A DNA stretch of 64,000 bases from Octopus vulgaris (GCA_951406725.2 OX597815.1:9362001-9426000), one strand, 5' to 3'. Positions 39,595 to 53,385 are shown, counted from the stretch's first letter. Numbers and translations: made by a program. Notes: a model not told the origin generated them from the sequence alone.

Positions 39595-41360
39595 CTAGCA
39601 TTATGACCCGTCGTTGCCAGGTCATAGTGCTAGTGCATGTATATATGTGTATATATATGTGTACATATTACATGTACATCTATATATATATATATATATA
39701 CATCTACACATAAAATACAAAATAGAAAGTTATATCTTGATATCGCTAGTGATAACAATACTCAAAATATATAACAGACTGGAATTGTAGGCCAGTCTCT
39801 TGCAATTTCGATCAATTGTATCTTGTCCTCCCTCTTGTATAGAAGTGTGGCTATAATCCAGCCCACCTCTACTTCTGGGGGGACATTTTTTTTTATCCGG
39901 GACGTCCTACGTCCCAGATATGAAGGTAAAAATAAAATATTTCCACTTTGGAAGGTTCGAGTCGAGTTCTACCTTGCACGCTCCGTTGACTCGAACCTTG
40001 CTTCTATTGTGGCGAATTTACCGCCTCTGGTTAGATACTTGATATCTTTCATAGTCACACCAAGACACTTTTCGATGGTGCTTTCCTCCAGGTGTTCAAA
40101 TCTTTTTTTCTCTACATTCTATACTTTATAGACAATAGTCTTTTCTTTAATTTAATTTTTTTATTTCGTTTGGTGGTGTTATCCTAGACTCACCGTCTTT
40201 GTCGGTGATCAATCCGAAATAGGTTTGTATTTCTTCCATTTTAATGAGTTCGCGCCCGCCGACAGCTGTAGCGAAATTCATTTTTGGACTTTCATCTATC
40301 GAAGGCATTTAAACAAAAATACTTCCGTATAAACGGTGAAAATATTGTCAATTTCCCCTAACAGGGACACAATTCAATTTTTAAACAATAACCAAAGCTC
40401 CTTCTCCCAAAGGGGGAGGGTTACGGTTTACAATTATTTAACAAATGCAACACAACAACGTTTCCCTTTCGAGGAACCAACAAACGTGATAACAATAGTT
40501 AAACAGTAATAATAATAACAACAAACCTTACGGTGAATCAAAAAGCTATACGCAGTTGAAGCTATAGTCCTTTATGTATAAGAAATAAACCAACAGCAGT
40601 ACTCAGTAGAAGCGGCTGTTCGAGATAACAGATATTACATACAACCAAACTTCATATAGATACTTAATGCTAGCTAATTAGCAGATAATCTAATGTAAAA
40701 GCCGTGGTAAACAGTATGTGCACACCTACATCTGGACTATTCCATTTCTGCATGCTAATTTTATTTTTAATTTATTCCCATTCATGTGAAACCACTTATT
40801 CAAGTTCAAGTCATTGATGCAATCTTATACTAATTGCTATTTTTACTTTTGTTATGTTACGATTTAATTATTATATTATACTTTAGTTTGATTTTAATTA
40901 TTACTTACTACATATAATTCAATTGTTATTATCATCTCTAATTTTTATTGTTAAAGTGAAAGTATCTGACATAAAATAGAGAAATGTTTTTGTTTCACTT
41001 TTAACACGTAATACTGAAATAGTGGAGAAGATATGATATTGCTATGGGCTCGCCCTAGGCAAGAAGTTGAACCTTTTTTTTGCTCATAAAACTACATGGA
41101 CCCTAGGTAAGGCATGTGTAAAATTTGAATGAAATTGATTGTGTAGTTCTCAAGTTTTAGGGAATCAGAGTGGAGAAGATATGATATTGCTGTGGGCTCG
41201 CAGTAGGCAAAAAGTTAAAAAAAATTTTGCCGATGAAACTACATGGACCCTAAGTAAGGCATGTGTAAAATTTGAATGAAATCGGTTGTGTAGTTCTCAA
41301 GTTTTAGCGAAACACACAGACGGACGGACAGACACACATTCTCAGTTTTATATATATAGA
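39595..41360 (-). mobile_element. Putative Helitron-like element with internal 148-bp tandem duplication
   Basis: Minus-strand 5' TCTATATATATAAAACTGAG at 41360, and a 3' hairpin plus CTAG at 39595-39621. The duplication is at 41021 and 41169. Confidence 0.5.
39790..40290 (-). pseudogene. ORF1-like fragment homologous to the 17916-19922 element
   Basis: KEKTIVYKV...KYLTRGGKFATIEARF...GNILFLPSYLGRRTSRI..NVPPEVEVGWI aligns by eye with the 18990-19300 translation. Confidence 0.65.
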
Positions 41361-41597
41361 TGTGTTCTAGTTAATGGCCAAGTCAGAAGAATCCCTTACA
41401 TTTTCAATTGACTTCTACACCGTTATATTGCTATATCAATCATAAAAGCATTTTCGAATGTTTTGTCACGGAAGGTGTCAGGTATGTTATGTCTGTTCTC
41501 TTTAAAATTCGATTGGATTTTCCATTTTATAAAACGAACGGACATTAATAAAGATATAAAAGTACTGAAGAACTTGTAGTGTCTGTTGATGTTGTTA

Positions 41598-41741
41598 CTC
41601 TTTCTTTCGTTTTTCTTTCTTTCTTTCTTTCTTTCGTGACTTTGTTTTTTTCTTTCTGTCTTTCGAGTTTTCTTTCTTTCTTTCGTTTTTTCTTTCTGTC
41701 TTTCGTTTTTTCTTTCTTTCGTGTTTTTTCTTTCTTTCGTT

Positions 41742-41839
<98 letters not shown>

Positions 41840-42052
41840 TCGTGACTTTGTTTTTTTTTGTTCTGGTGTTAATACTCTCCGCGTTCTGTCTCTTCCTTTT
41901 CCTCCTCTACCTCCTCTTATTTCTCCATACACTCACCCACTAATTCCTCTTCTTCTTCTTCTTCTTCTTCTTCTTCTTCTTCTTGCCTCTCCGTCTCCTC
42001 CTCCTTCCTTCCTCTCGCCGCCACCACCACCACCACCACTACTACTACCACC

Positions 42053-42084
<32 letters not shown>

Positions 42085-42085
42085 C

Positions 42086-42126
<41 letters not shown>

Positions 42127-42237
42127 CACCACTACCACCACCACCACCACCACCACCACCACCACCACCACCACCACCACCACCACCACTACTACTACTA
42201 CTACTACTCATAGCTAACGAAACTATCATCGTCGTCG

Positions 42238-42280
<43 letters not shown>
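41598..42280. repeat. Compound (TTTC)n, (CTT)n, (CCA/CTA)n and (ATC)n microsatellites
   Basis: Directly visible. Confidence 0.95.
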
Positions 42281-42282
<2 letters not shown>

Positions 42283-42573
42283 CGTCCGCCTGTCTTGTCT
42301 CTTGCCTGATTACTCTGCTTCCTGTCAAGAGACTTACTGACAGAATAACAAAATCTCTGGTCATCACGTTAAAGCAGCGTCTCAATGGAACTTACATGAC
42401 ATAAACTGAGAAACAACAACAACAGCAACAACAACAATAAAGACAACAATAACTACAACGTCAACAGAAACAGAAGCAATAACAAGGGCGACAATGAATT
42501 CGTGGATACGATGGAGAAAGAAGCGAAGACGAACAACAGCAGCAATACCGAACCAATAATAGTAATAATAGTT

Positions 42574-42784
42574 TCAAATTTTGGTAAAAAAAAAAAAAGG
42601 GCTGGCAATTTTAGTCGATTTTATTGACCCCAGTACTTGACTGGTACTTTGTTTTATCGACCCCGAAGAGATAAAAAAACCAAGTTGACTTTGGCAAGAT
42701 TTGAACTCAGAACGTAGAGCCGCAAAAAAAACGCCGCTGGGCATTTTGTCCCCCACGTTAACGGTTCTACTAGCTCACCACCCT
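42574..42784 (-). mobile_element. Old SINE family A-related copy
   Basis: Diverged core TTTATCGACCCCGAA and TTTGAACTCAGAACG. Confidence 0.7.
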
Positions 42785-42886
42785 AACAGCAACAATAGCA
42801 ATAACGTTTCCTAATATGATGCAATGCTACAACTGTGGGTGTAGGAACAGTGGATCAGATAGAATTCATTCTTCCCTGAATCTCAC

Positions 42887-43037
42887 TTTAGTCGAGCAAA
42901 TCGACCCCGGGACTTATTCTTTGTAAGCCCAGTACTTATTCTATCGGTCTCTATTGTCGAACCGCTAAGTGACGGGGTCATAAACACACCAGCATCGGTT
43001 GTCAAGCAATGCTAGGGGGACAAACACAGACACACAA

Positions 43038-43087
<50 letters not shown>

Positions 43088-43240
43088 GACGGGCTTCTTT
43101 CAGTTTCCGTCTACCAAAGCCACTCACAAGGCATTGGTCGGCCCGGGGCTATAGCAGAAGACACTTGCCCAAGATGCCACGCAGTGGGACTGAACCCGGA
43201 ACCATGTGGTTGGTTAGCAAGCTACTTACCACACAGCCAC
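42887..43240 (-). mobile_element. SINE family C, 3'-truncated
   Basis: Matches the family. Confidence 0.88.
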
Positions 43241-43276
43241 ACTATGTTTGTATTTGTAAATGTATGTGTGCGTATA

Positions 43277-43320
<44 letters not shown>

Positions 43321-43334
43321 TATATGTTTGCGTG

Positions 43335-43377
<43 letters not shown>

Positions 43378-43795
43378 ACTCATAGCTATATTCTACACTA
43401 TGTCCCATTGAATCTTCCTGGTGTGTATATCAAAGCTACAAGTATTCGTAGACTACCCAGCCACTTACACTATAATACAATGAACGTGTGATCGAACAAC
43501 TGCGATCGCTTTTTTTCTTCGAAACCAGTACAAGATGCATTCAAGTGTAGCATAATCACTTACGCCTGTGGTGTGCGATTATAAATGCTTTAAAATCTGA
43601 TTGGATAAGACTTATTGCTATTATTCTTATTCATGTCTACATCTACTTCTTTTGTCACCTGGTGAAAGGATTTTTCTCATGATGCAAGTTTTATCGAGAA
43701 TTACAATATTTTAAAGTATTTCTGCTGAGGGATAACAATGCCTTTTCACCAATTTATCTCCTTGTTCCTGTATTACCCGTAATAATTGTAAGGAA

Positions 43796-44191
43796 GTGGA
43801 GGCGCAATGGCCCAGTGGTTAGGGCAGCGGACTCGCGGTCATAGGATCGCCGTTTCGATTCCCAGACCGGGCGTTGTGAGTGTTTATTAAGCGAAAACAC
43901 CTAAAGCTCCACGAGGCTCCGGCAGGGGATGGTGGTGATCCCTGCTGTACTCTTTCACCACAACTTTCTCTCACTCTTACTTCCTGTTTCTGTTGTACCT
44001 GTATTTCAAAGGGCCGGCCTTGTCACTCCCTGTGTCACGCTGAATATCCCCGAGAACTACGTTAAGGGTACACGTGTCTGTGGAGTGCTCAGCCACTCAC
44101 ACGTTAATTTCACGAGCAGGCTGTTCCGTTGATTCGGATCAACCGGAACCCTCGTCGTCGTAACCGACGGAGTGCTTCCAATCCAAATCCA
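43796..44191 (+). mobile_element. SINE family B
   Basis: Full copy with TSD TTGTAAGGA. Confidence 0.92.
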
Positions 44192-44342
44192 ACTTGTAAG
44201 GATGGCTGATGTCTCTCTTTGTTAGTCTTTATATTTTGAAAACTGTAAATTCCTATACTGCCTAAAAACGTAGGTTATCAGTCATCGTAACTTGTTTTAA
44301 TTCATTTATTAAAAAAAAATATGTTTTATACCATTGTTCCTA

Positions 44343-44737
44343 TCTTTATATATAAAAGTGAGGTTGTCTGCTGTCTGTCTCCTACGATTCAGATTCCTAA
44401 CTACTCCCACATTTTGCGGTGCAGTTTAACCAAAACCGGGTATCTTATAGTCGTGATTCATATCGAGCCCTTCTGGGTATTAGCGCGCGTCTACGATGAG
44501 TCTACGATTTAAAAAAAAAATTACCATCAATTTTTCCCCATTTTTAATGCATTTTTTGAATATATAAGGGAAGTAACTCTCTAAAAATTTATTATTAAAT
44601 CTCAGAACGTAAAAAGCTACAGTAACACCCCCTTTGTGGTTAGCCATATTGAGATGGCTATTATACTTTACATCTCTAAAAATGCTTATATAGTTATTTC
44701 CCTTAAAAACCCGAGTAACGCCGGGCGATACTGCCAG
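44343..44737 (+). mobile_element. Non-autonomous Helitron-like element
   Basis: A|TC start and 3' hairpin CCCGAGTAACGCCGGG followed by CCAG|T. Confidence 0.75.
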
Positions 44738-45076
44738 TTTTCAATAAATGCAAAGATATGTTCTACAGAATCATAAATCCTTCTTTTATTTAAAGATTTT
44801 TCTTGTGTTTGAACTGCGTTTTACCATTTTTAGACTGTTTCGAATATGGTTGTATATTCTCGTAATTAACCGCCCGCTATTATTAACGCTTAGATATGAA
44901 AACAACAGCCACATCTCCCTTAAATTGCACGCTATCTTAAATAAGGAAGAGTGCATCAGATAAAGTAATATTAGTTGCACTACATGAAAAAAAAAAGATG
45001 GAATGATCAAAACTAGACCGCTTTTGTATCATATTTCTACTGGAGTGATACTAACCTGGAGCTAAATACATAAATA

Positions 45077-45643
45077 TTGGGTTGTCCGGAAAGTTCGTGC
45101 TGATTTTTAAAGGAAAGAAAAAAGTCAATAAATACTTGCCATTACATTTTTAATCAACCAAATATGAACCACTTTGTTGCACAATGCGTCTCCATCTTTC
45201 CTTTAACTTGAAAATACCCTCTTCCCAGAATTGAGGTGGTTTCATGGCAAAGAATTCATCAAGGTATCTTTTTACGTCATCCAAGGAATTGAAATTTTTA
45301 CCATTACGACTATTCTGCAGAGACCTGAATAAATGGAAATCCGAAGGAGCAATATCTGGTGAATATGGAGGGTGAGGTAACACATCCCAGCCGAGCTGCA
45401 GCAATTTTTGTTTGGTTCCCAAAGCATCAAGTGCCGAAAATGAACTTTCTTATCTTCCATTTTAAAGGGTTACAGAATTAACACAGGTTATAGGGAACAT
45501 AAACCTTCTTCCACGAAAAGATAGCTTAAACTGTGCTCTAAATGGAGGTGTAGTCAAATCCTATTTTATAGACTCAACCATGTTTTAAAATAAATCGAAA
45601 GGTAAGCTATTATAAATCGGCACGAACTTTCCGGACAACCCAA
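45077..45643 (-). mobile_element. About 567-bp non-autonomous mariner
   Basis: TIR TTGGGTTGTCCGGAAAGTTCGTGC with TA flanks. PHPPYSPDIAPSDFHLF C-terminus fused to a short N-terminus. Confidence 0.93.
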
Positions 45644-45674
45644 TACAATAACTATCTTAGTCCGAACGTAACAA

Positions 45675-46078
45675 CTCTCTTTTCTCTTTTACTTGTTTCA
45701 GTCATTTGACTGCGGCCATGCTGGAGCACCGCCTTTAGTCGAGCAAATCGACCCCGGGACTTATTCTTTGTAAGCCCAGTACTTATTCTATCGGTCTCTT
45801 TTGCCGAACCGCTAAGTGACGGGGACGTAAACACACAAGCATCGGTTGTCAAGCAATGCTAGGGGGACAAACACACACACACATACACATATATACATAT
45901 ATATACATATATACGACAGGCTTCTTTCAGTTTCCGTCTACCAAATTCACTCACAAGGCATTGGTCGGCCCGGGGCTATAGCAGAAGACACTTGCCCAAG
46001 ATGCCACGCAGTGGGACTGAACCCGGAACCTTGTGGTTGGTTAGCAAGCTACTTACCACACAGCCACTCCTGCGCCTA
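45675..46078 (-). mobile_element. SINE family C
   Basis: Full copy. Confidence 0.9.
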
Positions 46079-46441
46079 TTGAATATCTGTTCGAAATTTT
46101 TATGAAATAATCGAGGCAATCGATATTCTCAACGCAGTCCCTTTACAATATTTCTAGAGTAGTGACGGCCTAAGAGACAATATTAGGTGTGTACTGCTTC
46201 GCTAATTAGTTCTTTAGTTTCAATGTTTAAACGAAGATTGATTTATTTGCCAGTCAGGTTCAACTCTTAATGGCTACTTTCCATCAAAGATCTTATTTTA
46301 TTATCCACTTTTTATTGTCCCCTGGGGTTCCCTCTTATTTTTCTTTTTGTTATTATTATTTTTTTCACCTCTTAATTGGTAAAGAGTTTGTGATGGCCAA
46401 ATTTCATGTAAGTGCCTCAAGTGAATTAGAGTACTTTGTTA

Positions 46442-46474
46442 TATCATCATCATCATTATTATTATTATTATTAC

Positions 46475-46573
<99 letters not shown>

Positions 46574-46599
46574 TATCATTATTATTATCATTATTATTA

Positions 46600-46654
<55 letters not shown>

Positions 46655-46719
46655 CATTATTATTATTATTATTATTATCATTATTATTATTATTATCATT
46701 ATTATTATCATTATTATTA

Positions 46720-46753
<34 letters not shown>

Positions 46754-46827
46754 CATTATTATTATTATTATTATTATCATTATTACTATTATTATTATTA
46801 TCATTATTATTATCATTATTATTATCA

Positions 46828-46888
<61 letters not shown>

Positions 46889-47022
46889 CATTATTATTAT
46901 CATTATTATTATCATTATTATTATTATTATTATTATCATTATTACTATTATTATTATTATCATTATTATTATTATTATTATCATTATTATTATCATTATT
47001 ATTATCATTATTATCATTATTA

Positions 47023-47110
<88 letters not shown>

Positions 47111-47121
47111 CATTATTATTA

Positions 47122-47170
<49 letters not shown>

Positions 47171-47221
47171 CATCATCATCATTATTATTATTATTTATTA
47201 TTATTATTATTATTATTTTCA

Positions 47222-47289
<68 letters not shown>

Positions 47290-47303
47290 GTTATTATTAT
47301 TAT
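46442..47303. repeat. (TTA)n microsatellite interrupted by TCA
   Basis: About 860 bp; source of the poly-L/N/Y/I ORFs. Confidence 0.97.
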
Positions 47304-47476
47304 TCAGTATCACTTAAATTTCTGCTTTTGTTGCACATTAATAGTTACAGTAAACAGTGTGGTATCTAACAGCTGGTCGTATCAGGCACCAACCAGTTAA
47401 TGTAAAAATCAAACGTCATTTCCTTCTTATTCTTCCTATGATTAATATGGCTTGTTGTTTTTATTTTATATATTTA

Positions 47477-47858
47477 CTAGCAGTATCGCCCGGAGTTGCT
47501 CGGGTTTGTTTCGACACTTTAGAATTGGAATTTTTGAAAAGTAAAAATTTTGCATTATGTAGCTTGTTCTTCTCTTTACTGGTTGAAATACACCGAAAAA
47601 TGGCAACACAGCAGTCAAAATATCGTAAAAAATAGGGATCTTCATACAAAAAAGCACCTTATTGATGTAAATAATTTTTGGTCTTAATATGGTCTGATTT
47701 GAATTTTATCTTCTACGGAAGGAAGAGCAAGCCTTCTTCTATCATACTCTCAATTTTGGTCAACTTGCGCTGCAGGGTCTCGAAGGAGATAGTGTTAGTT
47801 GAAGGCTACCAAACCTGCCACACACACACAGACAACTTCAGCTTTATATATATATAGA
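47477..47858 (-). mobile_element. Non-autonomous Helitron-like element
   Basis: Minus-strand TC start. The 3' end CCCGAGCAACTCCGGGCGATACTGCTAG is nearly identical to that of the 11387 element. Confidence 0.78.
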
Positions 47859-47983
47859 TATATATTCTCTTTACTCTTTTACTTATTTCAGTCATTTGAC
47901 TGTGGCCATGCCGGAGCACCGCCTTTAGGAATTTTAGCAAAAAAGATCAAAAGGGGATTTATTAATACAAAACTCAATATCCA

Positions 47984-48132
47984 CTAAATAATCATACTCC
48001 TGTTTACCTCCTTCGTAATCCCGAAAAACAACGTGACCATTGGTCCAGCCGTTTGACCGTGAAGAGGGCACAGACAGACAGGCGGACAGACAGACAGGCG
48101 GACAGACAGACAGGCGGTCAGACAGACAGGCG

Positions 48133-48168
<36 letters not shown>

Positions 48169-48190
48169 TAACGCCCATTATCGTAAGATG
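47984..48190 (-). mobile_element. Helitron/DINE-like short element with (GACA)n
   Basis: Terminal ATCTTAC...(GTCT)n...ACGGCTGGACC organisation on the minus strand. Confidence 0.45.
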
Positions 48191-48617
48191 TAGAGAGATA
48201 TAGAACAACATCAGTCGGAAAAACAAAAGTTTTTTTTTACATTCGACTACAATTAGATTAAAATACATTAAAGTTTTTGTTCTGATATAAATAGCCAGTC
48301 GCAGAGGAAAGCGACTGATGACAATTATTGCTATGATTCGAAGTAGAGAACATTTATTTACACTAATAACATACTCGGTAGCCTACAGAATTTATCTAAA
48401 GAAATGATTTTGGGTCATAAAATTTTGCTGTAATTGCTACGTTTTGTCATAATAGTTTGCTTACTAAACAATAGCTTACAATGTGAAGAAGCAGTTTTAG
48501 TAGTTTTGAATTCATGAATAATATTGTGGAATACATCACAGCTATTTCAGACGTTGTATAGAGAAAAATGTTGTTACAATTACAACTCTATTAAAATATG
48601 GGTTGTAAGTGGTAGAA

Positions 48618-49001
48618 GTGGAGGCGCAATGGCCCAGTGGTTAGGGCAGCGGACTCGCGGTCGTAGGATCGCCGTTTCGATTCCCAGACCGGGCGTTGTG
48701 AGCGTTTATTGAGCGAAAACACCTAAAGCTCCACGAGGCTCCGGCAAGGGATGGTGGTGATCCCTGCTGTACTCTTTCACCACAACTTTCTCTCACTCTT
48801 ACTTCCTGTTTCTGTTGTACCTGTATTTCAAAGGGCCGGCCTTGTCACTCTCTGTGTCACGCTGAATATCCCCGAGAACTACGTTAAGAGTACACGTGTC
48901 TGTGGAGTGCTCAGCCACTTGCACGTTAATTTCACGAGCAGGCTGTTCCGTTGATTCGGATCAACCGGAACCCTCGTCGTCGTAACCGAGGGAGTGCTTC
49001 C
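48618..49001 (+). mobile_element. SINE family B
   Basis: TSD AAGTGGTAGAA. Confidence 0.92.
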
Positions 49002-49224
49002 AAGTGGTAGAATAAGTCAACAGTTGGTTTCAATAACGACGTTTTTCATGGTTAAAACAGAGAATGAAGGCTAAGGCAGTGCCCATTAGCCCCTTTCTAG
49101 GCCCTTTGAGATTAATTGGAAGTGAGGTAGTTCTCGGTCCAGCGATCTAGTCCGAATACATGCAACAACCTGACCCCTGCTTGAGGCACCCAAGAACTAA
49201 ATGGTGCTTTTTGTTTTATATACA

Positions 49225-49642
49225 ACTCTTTTACTCTTTTACTTGTTTCAGTCATTTGATTGCGGCCATGCTGGAGCACCGCCTTTAGTCGAGCAAATCG
49301 AGCCCGGGACTTATTCTTTGTAAGCCCAGTACTTATTCTATCGGTCTCTTTTTGCCGAACCGCTAAGTGACGGGGACGTAAACACACCAGCATTGGCTGT
49401 CAAGCAATGCTAGGGAGACAAACACAGACACACAAACACACACACACACATACATACATTTATATATATGCATATATACGACAGGCTTCTTTCAGTTTCC
49501 GTCTATCAAATCCACTCACAAGGCTTTGGTTGGCCCGAGGCTATAGCAGAAGACACTTGCCCAAAGTGCCACGCAGTGGGACTGAACCCGGAACCATGTG
49601 GTTGGTTAGCAAGCTACTTACCACACAGCCACTCCTGCGCCT
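49225..49642 (-). mobile_element. SINE family C
   Basis: Full copy. Confidence 0.9.
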
Positions 49643-50274
49643 GATTAAGAACTGATTCAGAACAGTAATCAACATCCTTCTAGCAGGCTTCTACGCATTT
49701 TCGTATCCCAAATTTTACTCGGGGCTATAATAGAAGACAGTCACCCAGTGAAGCTATGCAGGTGCAATTATCAACTAACCTCTCCACGACTGCATCTATT
49801 TCTCTTTCACTTCTTATACATTTACGAAAGTCGTAAGCTTTTCATTTGCTTTTCCTACGCAAATAAGAGTTCTTGACTTTACGTGAGAAATCAATAAAGG
49901 CGATAATCGAGAGGAAATTTTAAGCTTCTCAATTCCAGCGAATCGAATTACTAATCCGGTCGTGATTCTTGATCATGGCTTTTCTGGATTAGAAATAACT
50001 ATGAAGATAAACAAACTAAATGAAGAGTTGAGTCAAATAATCCCCAAGTGGTTGATTATATATCGACATTGATGATCAGTAATTGTCTGCTTAAATATTC
50101 AGACCTTTTAATTACTGATTTTAATTCTTTTAATTACACAATATGTGGAAACGCGTGGCTTAATGTTTAGGTGTAGCACTCATGGTCATAATCTTGTTAT
50201 TCCTTGATCGGGCGATGCATTGCGTTCTTGAGCAAAACACTTCATTTCACGCTACTGCTGTGATGTTGATGTTG

Positions 50275-50638
50275 AGCGAACGGTCTTCGTCCCAGAGCTC
50301 GCAAGATGGGAGAAGTCCGAAACGTGGTCCTTTGCTATTCGTAAGACCCGCAAAAGAGAAAGCAGGTCAACCCCCGACACCGAGAGCATCGACGGATGGA
50401 TGAATGCGCATCCAGGCTCAGTGGTTGCGTAGGAAGTCGGGGACAAGAATCAGGAAGAAAGAGTGAGAGAAAATTGGGGCGAAAGAGTACAACAGGGGTC
50501 GCCACCACCCCCTGCCGGAGCCCCGTGGAGCTTTAGGTGCTTTCGCTCAATAAACACACAACGCCCGGTCTGGGAATCGAATCACGATCCTCCGACCTCG
50601 AGTCTACTGCCCTAACCACTGGGCCATTGCGCCTCCAC
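50275..50638 (-). mobile_element. SINE family B head with a third type of 3' half
   Basis: The head matches family B, but 50275-50450 differs from the other B copies. Confidence 0.75.
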
Positions 50639-50966
50639 TGCTGCTGCTGTCCACTCAGCTGGTGAAAATAAGTAATCCCACGATGGACTGGTGTCCCGTT
50701 CGGGGATCAGGAATTTATACGTCATAAAATCCGGGAAACCGGTTTTATGAGCATCTGGCTCGGGAAAAAACCTTTAATCATTCCGAATTATGCAATATAC
50801 GAGCTAACCTACGAAAATCTATCTGGCTGCTCGAACTGTTACCACTTTGAGGTTCTCTAGTTAGAAGTAACTCCTCACTCAAATGGCATCCTACTATCTT
50901 GAATTAGGGAAGAGTAATTAGGTAACGTAATCCCTAATATGCAAAACGATAGGATGGTTGATACTA

Positions 50967-51532
50967 TTGGGTTGTCCGGAAAGTTCATGCCGATGTGTAA
51001 AGGAAAGTAAAAGATCAATAAATACTTGCCATTACATTTTTAACCAACCAAATATGAACCATTTTGTTGCACAATGCGTCTCCATCTTTCCTTTAACTTG
51101 AAAATACCCTCTTCCCAGAATTGAGGTGGTTTCATGGCAAACTATTCATCAAGGTATCTTTTTACGTCATCCAAGGAATTGAAATTTTTACCATTAAGAC
51201 TATTTTGCAGTGACCTGAATAAGTGGAAATCCGACGGAGCAATATCTGGTGAATATACAGGGTGGGGTAACACATCCCAGCCAGGCTGCAGCAATTTTTG
51301 TCTGGTTCCCAAAGCATCAAGTGCTGAAAATGAACTTTCTTATCTTCCATTTTAAAGGGTCACAGAATTAACACAGGTTATAGGAACATAAACCTTCTTC
51401 CACGAAAAGATAGCTTAAACTGTGCTCTAAATGAAGGTGTAGTCAAATCCTATTTCATGGACTCAATTATGTTTTAACATAAGTCGAAAGGTAAGCTACT
51501 ATAAATCGGCACGAACTTTCCGGACAACCCAA
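50967..51532 (-). mobile_element. About 566-bp non-autonomous mariner, second copy
   Basis: Same TIRs and same internal deletion as 45077-45643. Confidence 0.93.
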
Positions 51533-51618
51533 TTGAACGGTTTGCATAATAATGCTTAATCAGGTATGCCCTGGAGCGAAGCAGCAGTGTATACTAATTA
51601 ATATTATTTTACTGGTGG

Positions 51619-51836
51619 TAAGACAGCGATCTGGCAGAATCGTTAGCGCACCAGATAAAACGTTTAGCGGCATTTCGTCCGTCTTTACGTTCACAGTTGA
51701 AATTCCTCCGAAATTCACTTTAACTTTCATACTTTGGTGGGGTCATAAAATAAGTACCAGTTGAGCACTGAGGTCAATTTAATTGACTTACACTGGCCCC
51801 CGAAGTTGATGTCCTTGTGCCAAAATTTGAAACCAA
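51619..51836 (+). mobile_element. Old SINE family A-related copy
   Basis: CTGGCAGAATCGTTAGC head and AAGTACCAGTTGAGCACTG core. Confidence 0.7.
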
Positions 51837-52369
51837 TTATTTAACTAGTGTATATTTTATCGTACCAGAAGAATACTGGATATGTGTAACACATCGAGAG
51901 CGGAACAACAAATTGTAGGGGTTTATAATCATCCGGCATCACTTTACACTCTAGTCCGGTATCAAGGAGTAATTTCATTGAGGTAAAGCCGCAATATTTC
52001 AAGGAGAAGTGAAGGAGATGTAGAAAGAAAATTCAAATAATTGTTATCATTAAAAATATCATTAAATATTTTCCAGTGACCGGTCACAAAGGAAGATCAA
52101 TCGATTAAACTTTTAGGCTTTAGATCTCGAGATATCTTTTCAGCTGCTGAAATTATACGGGCGCAAATTATGGCTATGTGGTTAGAAAGTTCGTTTCAGA
52201 AACACGTGGTTTCGGGTTCAATCCCACAATGCGACAGTTTGCAACTTGAGCGAGTACCTTCTGCCATAGCTTCGAGTTAACCAATACCTTGATGAAAATT
52301 GTGCGGAGGAACTACACACACATGCACGCGCGCGCACACATACGCACACACACACGTCTGAACATATAC

Positions 52370-52406
<37 letters not shown>

Positions 52407-52698
52407 TACTCTTTTCTTTTCATTTCAGTATAAGCTATAAGCGCATACATATATTTGCGTACCTTTTTCTAATTTTGGACAGACTTTTCCATAGGCAACA
52501 ACATACACTTTCTCACTCCCATATATGTTCCGAAAAAATATTTTCACAAATAAAGGGGACTTCATATTCAAGGCTCCGATGAAGCTATGGGATGTTATCC
52601 GGGTACTCAAATAAGAGTCCACCGCATCTTATAGCCGATACAGCTGTAAGCTAATGCAGTTCATTTCATAACGTTTTTCTCCAGTGTCATCTCTTTTT

Positions 52699-52740
<42 letters not shown>

Positions 52741-52873
52741 ATCATATAATTAAGGGCTAAAGAGGGTTATTCTAAAGCCAATACACTGATTTATCTACTT
52801 ATAATCCACTTGTTACAGGAAAATTGAAACTGAAATCGGGCAACTAACCTTTAGAAAATTTAAATTTCGTTAT

Positions 52874-52934
52874 CTCTATATTGATTCAATTTCGGAATTA
52901 ATCTTATAAAAGATATATTCTTTCTTCAGTAGAG
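52874..52934 (-). ncRNA. Type I hammerhead ribozyme motif
   Basis: Minus strand CTCTA-CTGAAGA-AA-GAAT...ATTC-C-GAAA-TTG(AAT)CAA-TA-TAGAG. The base of stem II is mismatched. Confidence 0.7.
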
Positions 52935-53120
52935 CTTTAGCCCTTAATTATATGATGTTTATACTTCAACCGTAACGGTTTTTTTAATATACTGCCACGC
53001 TTCCTGATGGATTCCTTTTCTGTAGAGAAAGGGACTTCATCCTATATTGTTATATATATATATATATATATATATATCAAACATAAATCTAAAACAGAAA
53101 CATATATGTATATATATATA

Positions 53121-53162
<42 letters not shown>

Positions 53163-53165
<3 letters not shown>

Positions 53166-53384
53166 CCATGTTGATCGCCATGTTGATTCGTTAGCTACTG
53201 CACGCATTTTTTTTCTCTCCTTCTTTCTGTGTTTTTCTCTCTCTGTGTATCTTTCTGTTGAAGAGCGTAGGCTCGAAACGTTAAAGACTTGTTTTATTTA
53301 TATTTCCTGAGCGCCATACTAATACAATTGTTCGTTTGTTTTCCACCTGCCTTCGTCTTTTGTTTATTTTCATAAAGCTTCCCG

Positions 53385-53385
<1 letters not shown>
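53163..53385 (+). mobile_element. H1-related element (H2) with minimal HHR-like motif, inside inverted flanks
   Basis: CTTT-CTGTTGA-A-GAGC(GTAG)GCTC-GAAACGTT-AAAG at 53251-53286. Flanks at about 53070-53140 and 53405-53480 are inverted. Confidence 0.65.

Noticed and set aside
46270-47400. 376-aa leucine-rich ORF
   Set aside because: It is a (TTA)n microsatellite.
48311-48345. CTGATGA hammerhead core
   Set aside because: It is followed by GAAG rather than GAAA, with no stems I or III.
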